Below, in pieces: positions 1 to 12,275 of a stretch of 25,308 nucleotides of DNA (position 1 is its first letter; every line of letters starts with the position of its first letter). Location of the stretch: the NCBI GenBank assembly GCA_030141605.1, contig JAQGDQ010001793.1, positions 1 through 25,308 of the forward strand, written 5' to 3'. The stretch comes from Tubiluchus corallicola. Lineage: Eukaryota; Animalia; Priapulida. The notes beneath the pieces were generated by a model. The model worked only from the letters and a program-made list of their open reading frames with translations. It ran no database searches and was not told the DNA's origin. The translations under genes and the position numbers were made by a program.

Positions 1-1146
1 GGTGGAGGGTCTGTAACTTTAGTTTCGGGTCTGCGACCCTGACAGACCCAGCGAGACATTGTTTTTTCTTTAGTTGCAGGGTCTGCAACATTAGTTTCGG
101 GTCTGCGACCCTGACAGACCCAGCGCACTTTAAGTACTGCACATAGGTTTTTTGGACAAAGGGTGATTTTGACACATAGGTCTCTTGGACCGACAGGTCG
201 TCTGCACACAATGCTATTTTATTATAAATATAGATCTTTTGAACAAAGGCTATAGCGATATGAAGGTCTTTTGGTCAACGACGATTTGGATACTTAGGTC
301 TTTTGGCCACATAGGTCCTTCGGACACAAGGTTATATCGATATAAAGGTACTTTGGACAAAAGGCGATTTGGATATATAGGTCTTTTGGACACAAGGTAT
401 AAAACACGTGCTTTATACGAGTATGAAATACGAATGTGATACGTATTTTCGGGGAAAATTAGAATTTTTTAAATCCAAAGACCCTCAAAATTTTGCGTGC
501 TGGACTAGTACGTCCTGGTAAAATCATTATCTGCCGGACTCGTGTGAATTAAATGACAGCAAAACTTATACGGAGTAGTAAGATACCATTATAAGCAAAG
601 TTGACGAAATTGATCCTCAGTTGTGAAAATTTCCTGCTAAGATTCAAAATTCATGGAAATTTGTAAATCACAGGAACTGACGTAACATTATTACTAATAA
701 TTATTCCGTACCCTCGCTCCACCATGGAGTGTGTTTAAAAATTTTTATTTTCGTGAAGTCAACATCAGCCCATAGACCCTATTATAGCCTATAAAGCCAG
801 AAATACATATTTATTCACTGCATACAAAACCGGTAGTAGCAGATCAGCTACTCGAATACAAAGAAAAGCAGAAACTGTTCAGTATTGTACTCATTCCATG
901 CACGCAAGTAAGTAAAATTTGAAATTACTGTATCTTGTCAATATGATTAAAATCCGTTTGTGGCTGTACACCCTGGAGGTGAGTCAACGACATTTTAGCA
1001 ATTGGTGAAATTTGATAAATAATTAATAATTTGCTTTTGTAGTTACATAAGTCTTTCGAGGAGGTAAACGAAATGCTAAATAATATAACTTTGCATTGAA
1101 AGTTTTTTGGGACATAGTTTAGTATTTCCTTTTGTTACCCTGATTT

Positions 1147-1147
<1 letters not shown>

Positions 1148-1181
<34 letters not shown>

Positions 1182-1212
1182 TGCGTGCGTGCGTGCGTGC
1201 GTGTGTGTGTGT
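1148..1212. repeat. Compound (TG)n/(GCGT)n microsatellite
   Basis: Seen directly. The mirrored copy at about 8659-8695 is shorter and lacks the long TG run. Confidence 0.95.
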
Positions 1213-1622
1213 GACGTCATGTAATGGCGCGGTCGGAACAGTATTGGGGGAGATTTAAAATAAGAACAAACAAAAATTCCTTTTAACGTGAGTATGATAT
1301 GTGCTTTGGAATTCATTACCGACATCACTAAAACACAGCAGCTCTTTATCAATATTCAAGTCTAAATTAAAAAAACATTTAATGACTCGTTTTGAATATC
1401 CGACATACGAACACGATGATACTTACTCAAATCATAATTTCATTTTTCCTAGACCTTACTAAACTAGTTTATATTTTATTTTTGAATTTCTAGTTGCACT
1501 TATAGTTTAGCTTGCACCAGACGCATTTGCCCAGAACAGTGTATGTTTTTTATATGAACTAACACTGATTGTCTGTCTTTTATTATGATGGTCAATGTTT
1601 TTAAAATGGCAAATAAAGATTT

Positions 1623-1824
<202 letters not shown>

Positions 1825-2411
1825 TAAAATTCCTGTAAAGTAATATAATCTTTTAAGGCGGTTTTTCTGAAACCTACTTCAGGTACCCCTTTTCTTATCT
1901 TTTAGGGAAGGAAAGAGCATGTCTTTCAGCGCCGAAATCCCTTACGTACCTCATATTAAATTACGGCAAATCTGGTTGATCTCACACGCTTTTGAGCTTT
2001 TCAAAAGGATAAAGGGAAAAACCCAGAGAACCAAAGATTAAAGCGAGCAGTCTAAGATTAATTCAAGTTTTCAATAACGTATAGCTAGGTGATGCCTTCT
2101 AGTTATATTCAATATAACGTATAATAATGTATGGATGCGTTTCACAGCAACTTTTAGTGAAGTCTAAGCCGCTTCCATTAATCACACAAGGCAAAAGAGG
2201 TTGGACTTTAAGAACATAAGAACAAGATATGAGACGTCTTTGATACGGTGAAATTTAAGATGCGCATTTCTTTAAATTAAGACGATGAAGATGATGGAGT
2301 AACAGCTTGTTGGCAGTTTAGTTGTTGTTACTTGCTCTCATACTGGTTACTTGCTTCTTGCTTGGTCTTGGACTTGTTTGCTAGCTGTTACTTGAGTTGT
2401 AATTGTGACTT

Positions 2412-2989
2412 GTAGTAGTTTTTGTTTGAATGCTGAGATACATAATTACGGCACACGTTATAGGCTGCACTATCACTACATACAGTGTAACACTAATGTT
2501 AGAAAATTTTCTATTAAATACAATGGCCCTTACATATGGAATTCAATTGCTCCAGCTATTAAAAATGTCAACTCGCTTTCCATATTTAAAAAAATATATA
2601 AATTAAACTTACTCGAAACATATAACTGATGACTCAATCATGATTTGTTGTTTTCTTTTTCAAAAACTGTATAGTAAAATAAAATTTTTAATACTTCCCA
2701 CCCGTATTTATATTTATATTTGTATATATTGTAATGTTGTATCTATGTTGTATATGTAATGTTGTATATTGTAATGTTGTATATTGTAATGTTGTATATT
2801 GTAATGTTGTAATGTTGTATATATTGCAATTTTTTTCGTAATTCTAGTGGCCTACCATAAGCTAGCTTCCTAGGTCTCTAGCGCAGTATACATGAATTTT
2901 ATCATATTTTTGTATTAACAAAACCTGATGCACATGTAATGTAATGTGATGTATATGTTTAATGCGAAATAAATCTATTAAAATCTAAA
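2412..2989 (+). mobile_element. 5'-truncated non-LTR retrotransposon (CR1/L2-like) 3' end
   Basis: Encodes HNYGTR...FSIKYNGPYIWNSIAPAIKNVNSLSIFKKIYK, typical of a LINE ORF2 C-terminus. Followed by a 3' UTR with 15-bp repeats and an AATAAA+ATCTA(A) tail. Absent from the right IR arm (empty site at about 7140). ACTT is present on both sides (2408-2411, 2990-2993). Confidence 0.8.
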
Positions 2990-3140
2990 ACTTAGGACTA
3001 CGACTAGTGACTTGACTTAGTTCTTCTCACTTTAAATCAAGACAGGATGATTTTTCATATGCTACTCAATTTTCAGGTCCGATAAAAGGATACATTTTAA
3101 CACAATTGATACTGCAAAAGTCTTTCTGATAATTATGTAA

Positions 3141-4035
3141 TAGATTTATTTCGCAATAAACATATACATATACATTACATGTGCATCGATAATCAGTTTT
3201 TGTTAATACAAAAATATGATACAATTCATGAATTCTGCGCTACAGACCTAAGAAGCTAGCTTATGGTAGTCCACTAGAATTAGTTACGCAAAAATTACAA
3301 CATATACAGATACAATATTACAATATTTACAAATATAAATACGGGTGGGAAGTAATAAAAATAATATTATACTAGAGGGGGAGTTTTTGAAAATGAAAAA
3401 CAACAATTCATGATTACTCGAGTGATCAGTTATATGTTTCAAGTAAGTTTAATTTATAATTTTTTTTTAAATATGGACAGCGAGTTGGCATTTTTAATAG
3501 CTGGAGCAATTGAATTCCATATGTAAGGGCCATTGTATTTAACCCTTTCAGTCCCAAATTATTTTTTAATAAGAAAAATTTTTTTGGCTTGGTACTTTTA
3601 TTCAGTATTTCCATCTTGTTTACACATAATAAATATTTTTTCTACCTGTGCCCATGTGCTAAATATAGCCTGTACCCCACGGGATACATTGGGATTTAAT
3701 GGAAGCATAAAATGTGCTTCATTTTGCAACTGCTGATAATTTTTTAAAGTATTTAAGACATATAGTATGCACGCTATGCTGATCTGTACAAAGTCGTCTC
3801 TAAAGTACTGTACCTTTCACAGTTTTTTATGCTATGTAGATTTTCTAGTTTGCCATTTTATCACCATTTTAGTCTATTGTTATTGGCTTAAATCAAAATA
3901 ACTATTAACAGATCAAATAACTGTCAGTTTTATTAAAATTTTATTAATTTTAAAGGCAGAAAAAGTTCTCGTACCCCACGGGATACAACGGGTATGAAAG
4001 GGTTAATAGAAAATTTTCTAACGTTTGTGCTACAG
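3141..4035 (-). mobile_element. Second, inverted copy of the same LINE 3' end, interrupted by a TTAA MITE
   Basis: 3141-3542 plus 4007-4035 is the reverse complement of about 2480-2978 and shares the ...YKLNLLETYN terminus. Confidence 0.8.
3543..4002. mobile_element. piggyBac-type non-autonomous element (MITE), copy 1
   Basis: TTAA at 3539-3542 and 4003-4006. Termini are CCCTTTCAGTCCC...GGGTATGAAAGGG. The paralogous LINE at about 2513 shows the empty site with a single TTAA. Confidence 0.9.
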
Positions 4036-4243
4036 TTTGCACACGTCGAATGAATTCAATGAAAATATTCGTAGTACAGCAGACTCAGCATTTTTGAAAG
4101 ACGGAAGTCTACGCTGTTTAACGAGGAATACCGCATTCCAAAAACTTTTTATCATCTTGATCGGTAGACACGCTCTCATGAGCAAGATAAATAGACGATT
4201 ATGAAGTGAAATAGTTTAAAGGGTCAATGATCATACACTCATT

Positions 4244-5234
4244 ATGAAATTTCACGTGAAACGCGTCTTATTAGGTGTCTCTGTTCCTGCGTCATTTCTG
4301 CTGGTTGCTTACATTGTCATACTGAGCGACATGACTAAATACAAGCTGGCGATAAAAAAGAAGCAAGAGGCGACATCTTTGTTTGTAGACAAAGAACGGG
4401 CGATGAAAAAGAAGCAAGAGGCGACATCTTTGTTTATAGACAATGAACGGGCGATGAATAAGAAGCAAAAGGCGACATCTTTGTTTGCTGACAATGAACG
4501 AGCGATGAAAAAGAAGCAAGAGGCGACATCTTTGTTTGTAGACAATGAACGGGCGATACAAAAGAAGCAAGAGGCGACATCTTTGTTTGCTGACAATGAA
4601 CGAGCGATGAAAAAGAAGCAAGAGGCGACATCTTTGTTTGTAGACAATGAACGGGCGATAAAAAAGAAGCAAGAGGCGACATCTTTGCTAGCCGATAATA
4701 AACTCGCAACAAGGAAGCAAGAGGGTACATTTTTGCTTGTTGACAATAAGGCAGATATAAAAAAGAAGCAAGAGGCGATGTCTTTGCTTGATGACAATTT
4801 TCACGCGAAGAAAGTCAAGTCGATTACACTGTTTGTGGCCATTGCCAGTGCATATAAAGACAGGCGTTCGAGACGTGATGGTATCAGAAAAACATGGTTG
4901 ACACTTGTGAACAATACTGATGACGTCACGTACAGTTTCTTCACCGATCGCATGAACAGCTCTGGACAGGACATTCCAGCAAATTTCCTGGAAGACCTGA
5001 AACAAGAACAGGAAGAACACCACGACATGGTCTTCACCGACGTTCCTTCGGGACTCAACAACGCCAGAAGGATGTTGTGGATTATGGAATGGGTGCTGCA
5101 GCGGTACAATTTCTCCTATTTCCTCAAGGCGGACGATGACGTATTCGTCTGCATGGAGCGCCTGCTGGCGGAGTTGCCTCTCCGACCGAGGGAGCTGTTG
5201 TACTGGGGTGGTGCCAACTGTCGACGCGGAATTG
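4244..5234 (+). CDS. GT31-family glycosyltransferase (beta-1,3-galactosyltransferase/fringe-like), coding exon 1
   Basis: N-terminal signal anchor (VLLGVSVPASFLLVAYIVIL) and repeat stem, then LFVAIAS, RRDGIRKTW, LKQEQEEHHDMVF, FLKADDDVFV (DxD) and LYWG motifs. Donor G|GTAAGT after 5234 (phase 1). Confidence 0.9.
4349..4798 (+). repeat. In-frame 51-bp (17-aa) tandem repeat, about 9 units, in the GT stem
   Basis: A(M/I)KKKQEATSLF(V/A)DNER units start at 4349, 4400 and so on. Six are well conserved and three are degenerate. Confidence 0.95.
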
Positions 5235-5584
5235 GTAAGTGCAGTTTTTATTGTGGCACGACCGAAATCTAGCGCGTTATCAAGGCTAATCCTGCTAATC
5301 CTCTAAAGTGGGGCACTGAACCAGCAGGGGTGGCTTAGCCACATTCAAATTTGAATGTACCTTTCGTCTATGAAGTAAACAGCCAAAATCAGCATGATGA
5401 ATGAAATTAAACCTTGTCACCCATCAGTTTGCTGACAAGCGTCGGCGTTGCTTAACTACTCTTACTAAGCAGAAACCGTGACCTCTCAGCTATAATCTCT
5501 CTCGCCTTACAGTGAGCAAATGCAGCAAAAATGCGGGCCAAGCAAACGACTCTAGAGTAACATAACGGTAACAGCCCAGGTCAA

Positions 5585-5994
5585 TAGGGGTGAGCATCGA
5601 ACGTTCGAATTCGATTCGAACCTAAAATAGATTCGAATAATTCACCGCTTCAAGTACATACGTTCTTTATCATTAAAACGTTTGAAACATCGTGCAATCA
5701 GCACAGTTTAGCTGTGATTTCTGGGCAAAATTTTTAAAGAATTACTAATGTTTTTACTGCAAAACAAAATCATGCAATATGCACGATCTTTGTGAGACCG
5801 CTTTTCAATTTATTCGGATATCTTTAAAACAAATTCGAAATGTCAAAATTCGATTTTATTCGAGTTCCAAAGTCAAAAATTCGAATTCGATTTGGATTCG
5901 AAATGTCAAAATTCGATTTTATTCGAGTTCCAAAATCAAAAATTCGATTCCAGTCGATTCGAATTCGCTTTCTGATAAAGAATGCTCATCACTA
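5585..5994. mobile_element. hAT-like MITE with TTCGAA-rich subterminal repeats
   Basis: Imperfect TIRs TAGGGGTGAGCAT / ATGCTCATCACTA. Flanks CAGGTCAA / CTGGTCAG match at 6 of 8 positions (degenerate 8-bp TSD). Internal 63-bp duplication. Confidence 0.65.
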
Positions 5995-6615
5995 CTGGTC
6001 AGGGTTATGATCATGATCAGGGCCAGGTTAGCTGCATCGGATAGTTAAATTTTGTTAAACTTTCAAAGTTACATGTGGCTCAGCGAATCCACTAAGACTT
6101 TCAATGGCCCTTTTTGTCACATTGACGTGTCCGACAAATACGCGCGGTACCATGATAAGCATAATCATGAACTCCAGTGTTCGTTTGTGACGTCAGTGTG
6201 ATATACAGCGCAGTTTCGTGACATCTCATCAGTGTTTTATGGCAGTGTTCGCTTACGCAAACGTGCTTGACATGCAGGAAAGATGCCTGCCATTACACAA
6301 ACTATGGTTAGTTTGTGACGCAAGCGATAGCTGGGTCGCTAATTAACCTTCCAAGGCAATTATTCAAATATTAAAAACAATTGCTAACTTTTATAGGCAA
6401 GAAAATGTATATTTTGAACAGTAAATTAAAATGAGATAGAGTCTAAATAATCTGGTTTTCCTTTAACAAAATTCCGATTTTAAAGCAAAACCGGACCCAA
6501 TCTTAAACTGTAGGTCAAAACAATCTACTCTTTAAAATATTGAAAGAAAACATTCTATTTTCTTCAAAAAATGACTTACGTGAAAGAATTATTACCACAC
6601 AAACACAACACGTTC

Positions 6616-7686
6616 GCGCCACTAGCTCTTCACTGCTACATGCATTTCGTCATTTGCTAGTTAGACGGACACTAACGGCTCTATTTCGGAAAAGAATGAA
6701 CAAAAATAGGTGCTGTACCTCCCAGTTCAGATGTGTTACTTTGTGACAAACTGCACATGTTCTACAGCTCATGCGTAAGCACAGCGGTAAATTTGAAATT
6801 TGAATTTTTCTCTTAAAACTCGCCAAGTTTTAGTACAACACACTGAATATCTTACAGTAGCACTGTACTTCAATTTTCGCTTTTGCAAACACGTGCAACA
6901 CGCTCGTGGAATATTTTTGCTGTTGAAAATTATGTTAGTTTGTGATGTCATCAGTAGTTGAGCTCCCCGTCGTTACTTAAGATTGTAATCTATTACATAA
7001 TTATCAGAAAGACTTTTGCAGTATCAATTGTGTTAAAATGTATCCTTTTATCGGACCTGAAAATTGAGTAGCATATGAAAAATCATCCTGTCTTGATTTA
7101 AACTGAGAGGAGCTAAAGTCAAGTGACAAGTCGTAGTCCTAAGTCACAATTACAACTCAAGTAACAGGTAGCAAACAAGTCCAAGGCCAAGCAAGAAGCA
7201 GGTAACCAGTAAGAGAGCAAGTAACAACAACTAAACTGCTAACAAGTGTTTGCTGTTGCTCCATCATCTTCTTAACTGCTTCCGTTATGCAACGCAGCAT
7301 CACTCGTAATTTGACGCCTAAAGAAGACCGAAGAAACGAAAATAGGCGTGGTGGAGATGAGGATGTTGAGATGGATGGTGGGAATAACAAGAAGAGATAA
7401 AATTAGAAATAATAATATCAGAGGAACAGTAAAAGTAGGGGAAGCCTCGCAAGATTGCGATGGTATGGACACCTGAAAAGAAGAGTCGGTGAAGATCATG
7501 TGGGAAGGGAAGACATAAATGAAGAGATGGTCAACAACAGGAATGCGTGGAGAAGACAACAACGGCGACCCCGAATAAGGAAAAGCTGGGAAGAAGAAGA
7601 AGATGTAATATTAGTTGCAATTGTCTGTCTATCTGTTTGTTTACACATTTGTATTTTTCTAAGTGAAGTTTTTAATTGTTTGCTGT
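6616..7686. repeat. Older inverted segmental duplication, copy A (partner 18835-19896)
   Basis: 6616-6959, 7001-7057, 7247-7306 and the RTE 3' end plus its flank (to 7686) are the diverged reverse complement of 18835-19896. Confidence 0.9.
7318..7603 (+). mobile_element. Truncated copy of the non-autonomous RTE element
   Basis: EMRMLRWMVGITRRDKIRN...RWYGHLKRR with a (GAA)n tail. It has the same 3' flank as the 18918-19410 copy, so it is the same insertion duplicated. Confidence 0.85.
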
Positions 7687-8160
7687 TACTCCATCATCTT
7701 GATCGTCTTCCTTTAACGAAATTCGCATCTTAAATTTCACTATATCAAAGACGTCTCATATCTTCTTCTTATGTTCTTAAATCTCAACCTCTTTTGCCTT
7801 GTGTGATTAATGGAAGCGGCTTAGACTTCACTAAAAGTTGCTGTGAAACGCATCCATACATTATTATACGTTATATTGAATATAACTAGAAGGCATCACC
7901 TAGCTATACGTTATTGAAAACTTGAATTAATCTTAGACTGCTCGCTTTAATCTTTGGTTCTCTGGGTTTTTCCCTTTATCCTTTTGAAAAGCTCAAAAGC
8001 GTGTAAGATCAACCAGATTTGCCGTAATTTAATATGAGGTACGTAAGGGATTTCGGCGCTGAAAGACATGCTCTTTCCCTAAAAGATAAGAAAAGGCGTA
8101 CCGGAAGTAGGTTTCAGAAAAACCGCCTTAAAAGATTATATTACTTTACAGGAATTTTAA

Positions 8161-8172
8161 GTAGTAGTAGTT

Positions 8173-8235
<63 letters not shown>

Positions 8236-8250
8236 ATAGTAGTAGTAGTA
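8161..8250. repeat. (TAG)n microsatellite, about 30 units
   Basis: Seen directly. Mirror of 1624-1824. Confidence 0.95.
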
Positions 8251-9449
8251 AAATCTTTATTTGCCATTTTAAAAACATTGACCATCATAATAAAAGACAG
8301 ACAATCAGTGTTAGTTCAATAAAAACATACACTGTTCTGGGCAAATGCGTCTGGTGCAAGCTAAACTATAAGTGCAACTAGAAATTCAAAAATAAAATAT
8401 AAACTAGTTTAGTAAGGTCTAGGAAAAATGAAATTATGATTTGAGTAAGTATCATCGTGTTCGTATGTCGGATATTCAAAACGAGTCATTAAATGTTTTT
8501 TTAATTTAGACTTGATTATTGATAAAGAGCTGCTGTGATTTAGTGACGTCGGTAATGAATTCCAAAGCATATATCATACTCACGTTAAAAGGAATTTTTG
8601 TTTGTTCTTATTTTAAATCTCCCCCCAATACTGTTTCGACCGCGCCATTACATGACGTCACACGCACGCACGCACGCGCGGACGCACGCACGCACAACGT
8701 AAATCAGGGGAACAAAAGGAAATACTAAACTATGTCCCAAAAAACTTTCAACACAAAGTTATATTATTTAGCATTTCGCTTACCCGCTTGAAAGACTTAT
8801 GTAACTACAAAAGCAAATTATTAATTATTTATCAAATTTTACCAATTGCTAAAATGTCGTTGACTCACCTCCAGGATGTACAGCCACAAACGTATTTTAA
8901 TCATATTGACAAGATACAGTAATTTCAAATTTTACTTACTTGCGTGCATGGAATGAGTACAGTGCTGAACAGTTTCTGCTTTTCTTTGTATTCGAGTAGC
9001 TGATCTGCTACTACCGGTTTTGTATGCAGTGAATAAATATGTATTTCTGGCTTTATAGGCTATAATAGGGTCTATGGGCTGATGTTGACTTCACGAAAAT
9101 AAAAATTTTTAAACACACTCCATGGTGGAGCGAGGGTACGGAATAATTATTAGTAATAATGTTACGTCAGTTCCTGTGATTTACAAATTTCCATGAATTT
9201 TGAATCTTAGCAGGAAATTTTCACAACTGAGGATCAATTTCGTCAACTTTGCTTATAATGGTATCTTACTACTCCGTATAAGTTTTGCTGTCATTTAATT
9301 CACACGAGTCCGGCAGATAATGATTTTACCAGGACGTACTAGTCCAGCACGCAAAATTTTGAGGGTCTTTGGATTTAAAAAATTCTAATTTTCCCCGAAA
9401 ATACGTATCACATTCGTATTTCATACTCGTATAAAGCACGTGTTTTATA

Positions 9450-9712
9450 CCTTGTGTCCAAAAGACCTATATATATCCAAATCGCCTTTTGTCCAAAGTA
9501 CCTTTATATCGATATAACCTTGTGTCCGAAGGACCTATGTGGCCAAAAGACCTAAGTATCCAAATCGTCGTTGACCAAAAGACCTTCATATCGCTATAGC
9601 CTTTGTTCAAAAGATCTATATTTATAATAAAATAGCATTGTGTGCAGACGACCTGTCGGTCCAAGAGACCTATGTGTCAAAATCACCCTTTGTCCAAAAA
9701 ACCTATGTGCAG
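9450..9712. repeat. Degenerate ~15-bp repeats (TGTGTCCAAAAGACC-like)
   Basis: Recurrent tgtccaaaagacc variants, mirrored at about 137-397, with a short same-orientation remnant at about 11370-11412. Confidence 0.65.
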
Positions 9713-9724
9713 TACTTAAAGTGC

Positions 9725-10515
9725 GCTGGGTCTGTCAGGGTCGCAGACCCGAAACTAATGTTGCAGACCCTGCAACTAAAGAAAAAACAATGTCTCGCTG
9801 GGTCTGTCAGGGTCGCAGACCCGAAACTAAAGTTACAGACCCTCCACCTAAAGAAAAACAATGTCTCGCTGGGTCTGTCAGGGTCACAGACCCGAAACTA
9901 AAGTTACAGACCCTCCACCTAAAGAAAAACAATGTCTCGCCGGGTCTGTCAGGGTCGCAGACCCGAAACTAAAGTTACAGACCCTCCACCTAAAGAAAAA
10001 CAATGTCTCGCTGGGTCTGTCAGGGTCACAGACCCGAAACTAAAGTTACAGACCCTCCACCTAAAGAAAAACAATGTCTCGCCGGGTCTGTCAGGGTCGC
10101 AGACCCGAAACTAAAGTTACAGACCCTCCACCTAAAGAAAAACAATGTCTCGCTGGGTCTGTCAGGGTCGCAGACCCGAAACTAAAGTTACAGACCCTCC
10201 ACCTAAAGAAAAACAATGTCTCGCCGGGTCTGTCAGGGTCGCAGACCTGAAACTAAAGTTACAGACCCTGCACCTAAAGAAAAACAATGTCTCGCTGGGT
10301 CTGTCAGGGTCGCAGACCCGAAACTAAAGTTACAGACCCTCCACCTAAAGAAAAACAATGTCTCGCCGGGTCTGTCAGGGTCGCAGACCTGGAACCTAAA
10401 GTTACAGACCCTGCACCTAAAGAAAAACAATGTCTCGCTGGGTCTGTTAGGCTCGCAGACCCGGAACCTAAAGTTACAGACCCTGCACCTAAAGAAAAAA
10501 CAATGTCTCGCCAGG
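9725..10515. repeat. 71-bp minisatellite, about 11 units, each with an internal GGGTCTG...CAGACCC hairpin
   Basis: Units start at about 9725, 9797, 9868, 9939, 10010, 10081 and so on. The inverted copy starts at 1-124 and runs off the window. Confidence 0.97.
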
Positions 10516-11017
10516 TCAAATATTTAGCTTTCTTGCAATCTAATTATCTATAAGACTACCGGTAATACGCGTTACTAGCACAATTTTCGTGTTTCAGCCA
10601 GCAGAACTGAACTATAGGCGATAATTAAATTTTACATACGATGATTATCTTTGTCAGAAGTAAGTCACCGTGTAAATTAGACCTAATGCACCTTGCTGTG
10701 TTTTGTTCGCTCATTGATTCCTCGCGGGTAAACGGTTTGAGTAGACCAACGAATGTATAAAAGCCAGTGGATGAGAACTAAAATCACTGATTAAAAAGCA
10801 ATTGTTGTTTTTCAATTAAGATCTAAATTTTGTGTCATTAGTGCCTTAATTACAAAAAAACGGTTGCAAAACTGCTTACCGAACTGACCTTTTTAACGGC
10901 TGGAGGCCCCAAATGCCCTAAATTGAGGACCATGTAATCCCACAGGGGAGCTTTGGAGCACTCCCTCAGACCTCCTAGCTGTTTCTTGCTCTGTTCACCG
11001 TGAGACCCTTTACTTAA

Positions 11018-11334
11018 CCCTTTCATACCCGTTGTATCCCGTGGGATACGAGAATATTTTCTGTCTTTAAAATTAATAAAATTTTAAAACTGACATTTAT
11101 TTGATCTGTTAATAGTTATTTTGATTTAAGCCAATAACAATAGACTAAAAATGGTGATAAAATGGCAAACTAGAAAATCTACATAGCATAAAAAACTGCT
11201 CAAGGTACAGTACTTTAGAGACGACTTTGTACAGATCAGCATAGCGTGGATACTAAATGTCTTATGGACATACTGAACAAAAGTACCAAGCCAATTTTTT
11301 TTCTTATTAAAAAAATAATTTGGGACTGAAAGGG
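11018..11334. mobile_element. piggyBac-type MITE, copy 2 (internally deleted, opposite orientation to copy 1)
   Basis: TTAA|CCCTTTCATACCC...GGGACTGAAAGGG|CTAA. Lacks about 140 bp of the interior. Confidence 0.85.
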
Positions 11335-12275
11335 CTAAACAAATACACTTTAAGCACTGGCAAAAGATGTACGTGTCCAAATCACCTTTTGTCCAAAAGA
11401 CCTATAGGTCCAAGCTTTTGTATGAAAAAGAAATAAATTATTTTCGTGAGCACAATCCCACCTACAACGTAGTATAAAACGTGTACAGTATAACTGGCGC
11501 GCGCGCCCTTCTAAAAACGCTGATATTATCATGCATTTCGCAAGAGATACAGCAAAAATGCTTACAGTAAGCCTTCTCACAGTTCCAGCGATTGATGATG
11601 ATCGTGAAAAGATCAAAGGTTAAATGTACAAGACAATGCATTTCTATACATTTGCCAACGCCTCGCAGCTCATGCTATTGTAACAGTAATAATTTTAAAA
11701 GTTAGCTAGAACCTTACCTAGTTCATTTTTTCGTGTTCCCAAGCAAACCCCTGCTAATAAATCACTCTACGCACGGACTATTGCGTAACTAGATAAAGTC
11801 GACGTAAAAAACTGAAGTCACTGAACTGATGCGGCAGACGGCGTTGCGTTACCCACACGTCACGTGACGGTTGTAGTTAAGACGCGTTGCTGTGGTCCAC
11901 TTAACCTTTGACCTACAGCAAATGCGCATGCGTACAGGCTTATCGTTGTTGGTCTTGATATTGATAAACACCCATCATTACTAATTGATCTAGCTAGTGA
12001 TTTTTGAGTTGACGGCTAGTATGAGCACCTAATAAACTAAACAACGCATTCTAGGCCGGTCTTTTTAAAGAACACCAAACCTCCATGAACTCTTTGATAT
12101 AATACAAGCTTAAGTGCTGCAGTAATTGTATTGAAACAAAATTCTGGTGTTTATGGATTTTTTGTGTCGTTCATCTCTGTTGTTTTGTAATGCACTAAAT
12201 ATTTTTCAAATAATTGCTGTTATACTGTAATGAAATGATAATGTAGATTAGCTGTGGCAGTGAGATATTGAATTA

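Larger units (their letters stand above)
6987..9848. repeat. Right arm of large inverted repeat (inside GT31 intron; probably extends through the 71-bp array)
   Basis: Reverse complement of 1-3146. Contains an extra segment at about 7246-7681 that the left arm lacks. Confidence 0.97.

Noticed and set aside
4292-5109. Antisense ORFs over GT exon 1 (and 14363..14914 over exon 2, 21445..21723 over the GPCR exon)
   Set aside because: Shadows of real coding exons or repeats, with no independent motifs.
5235-5272. End of ORF 4244..5272 as the true C-terminus
   Set aside because: It would truncate the GT31 domain. A strong donor at 5235 and a phase-matched exon at 14232 explain it better as intron read-through.
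9638-10553. Cluster of overlapping short ORFs
   Set aside because: Translations of a 71-bp non-triplet minisatellite inside an intron.
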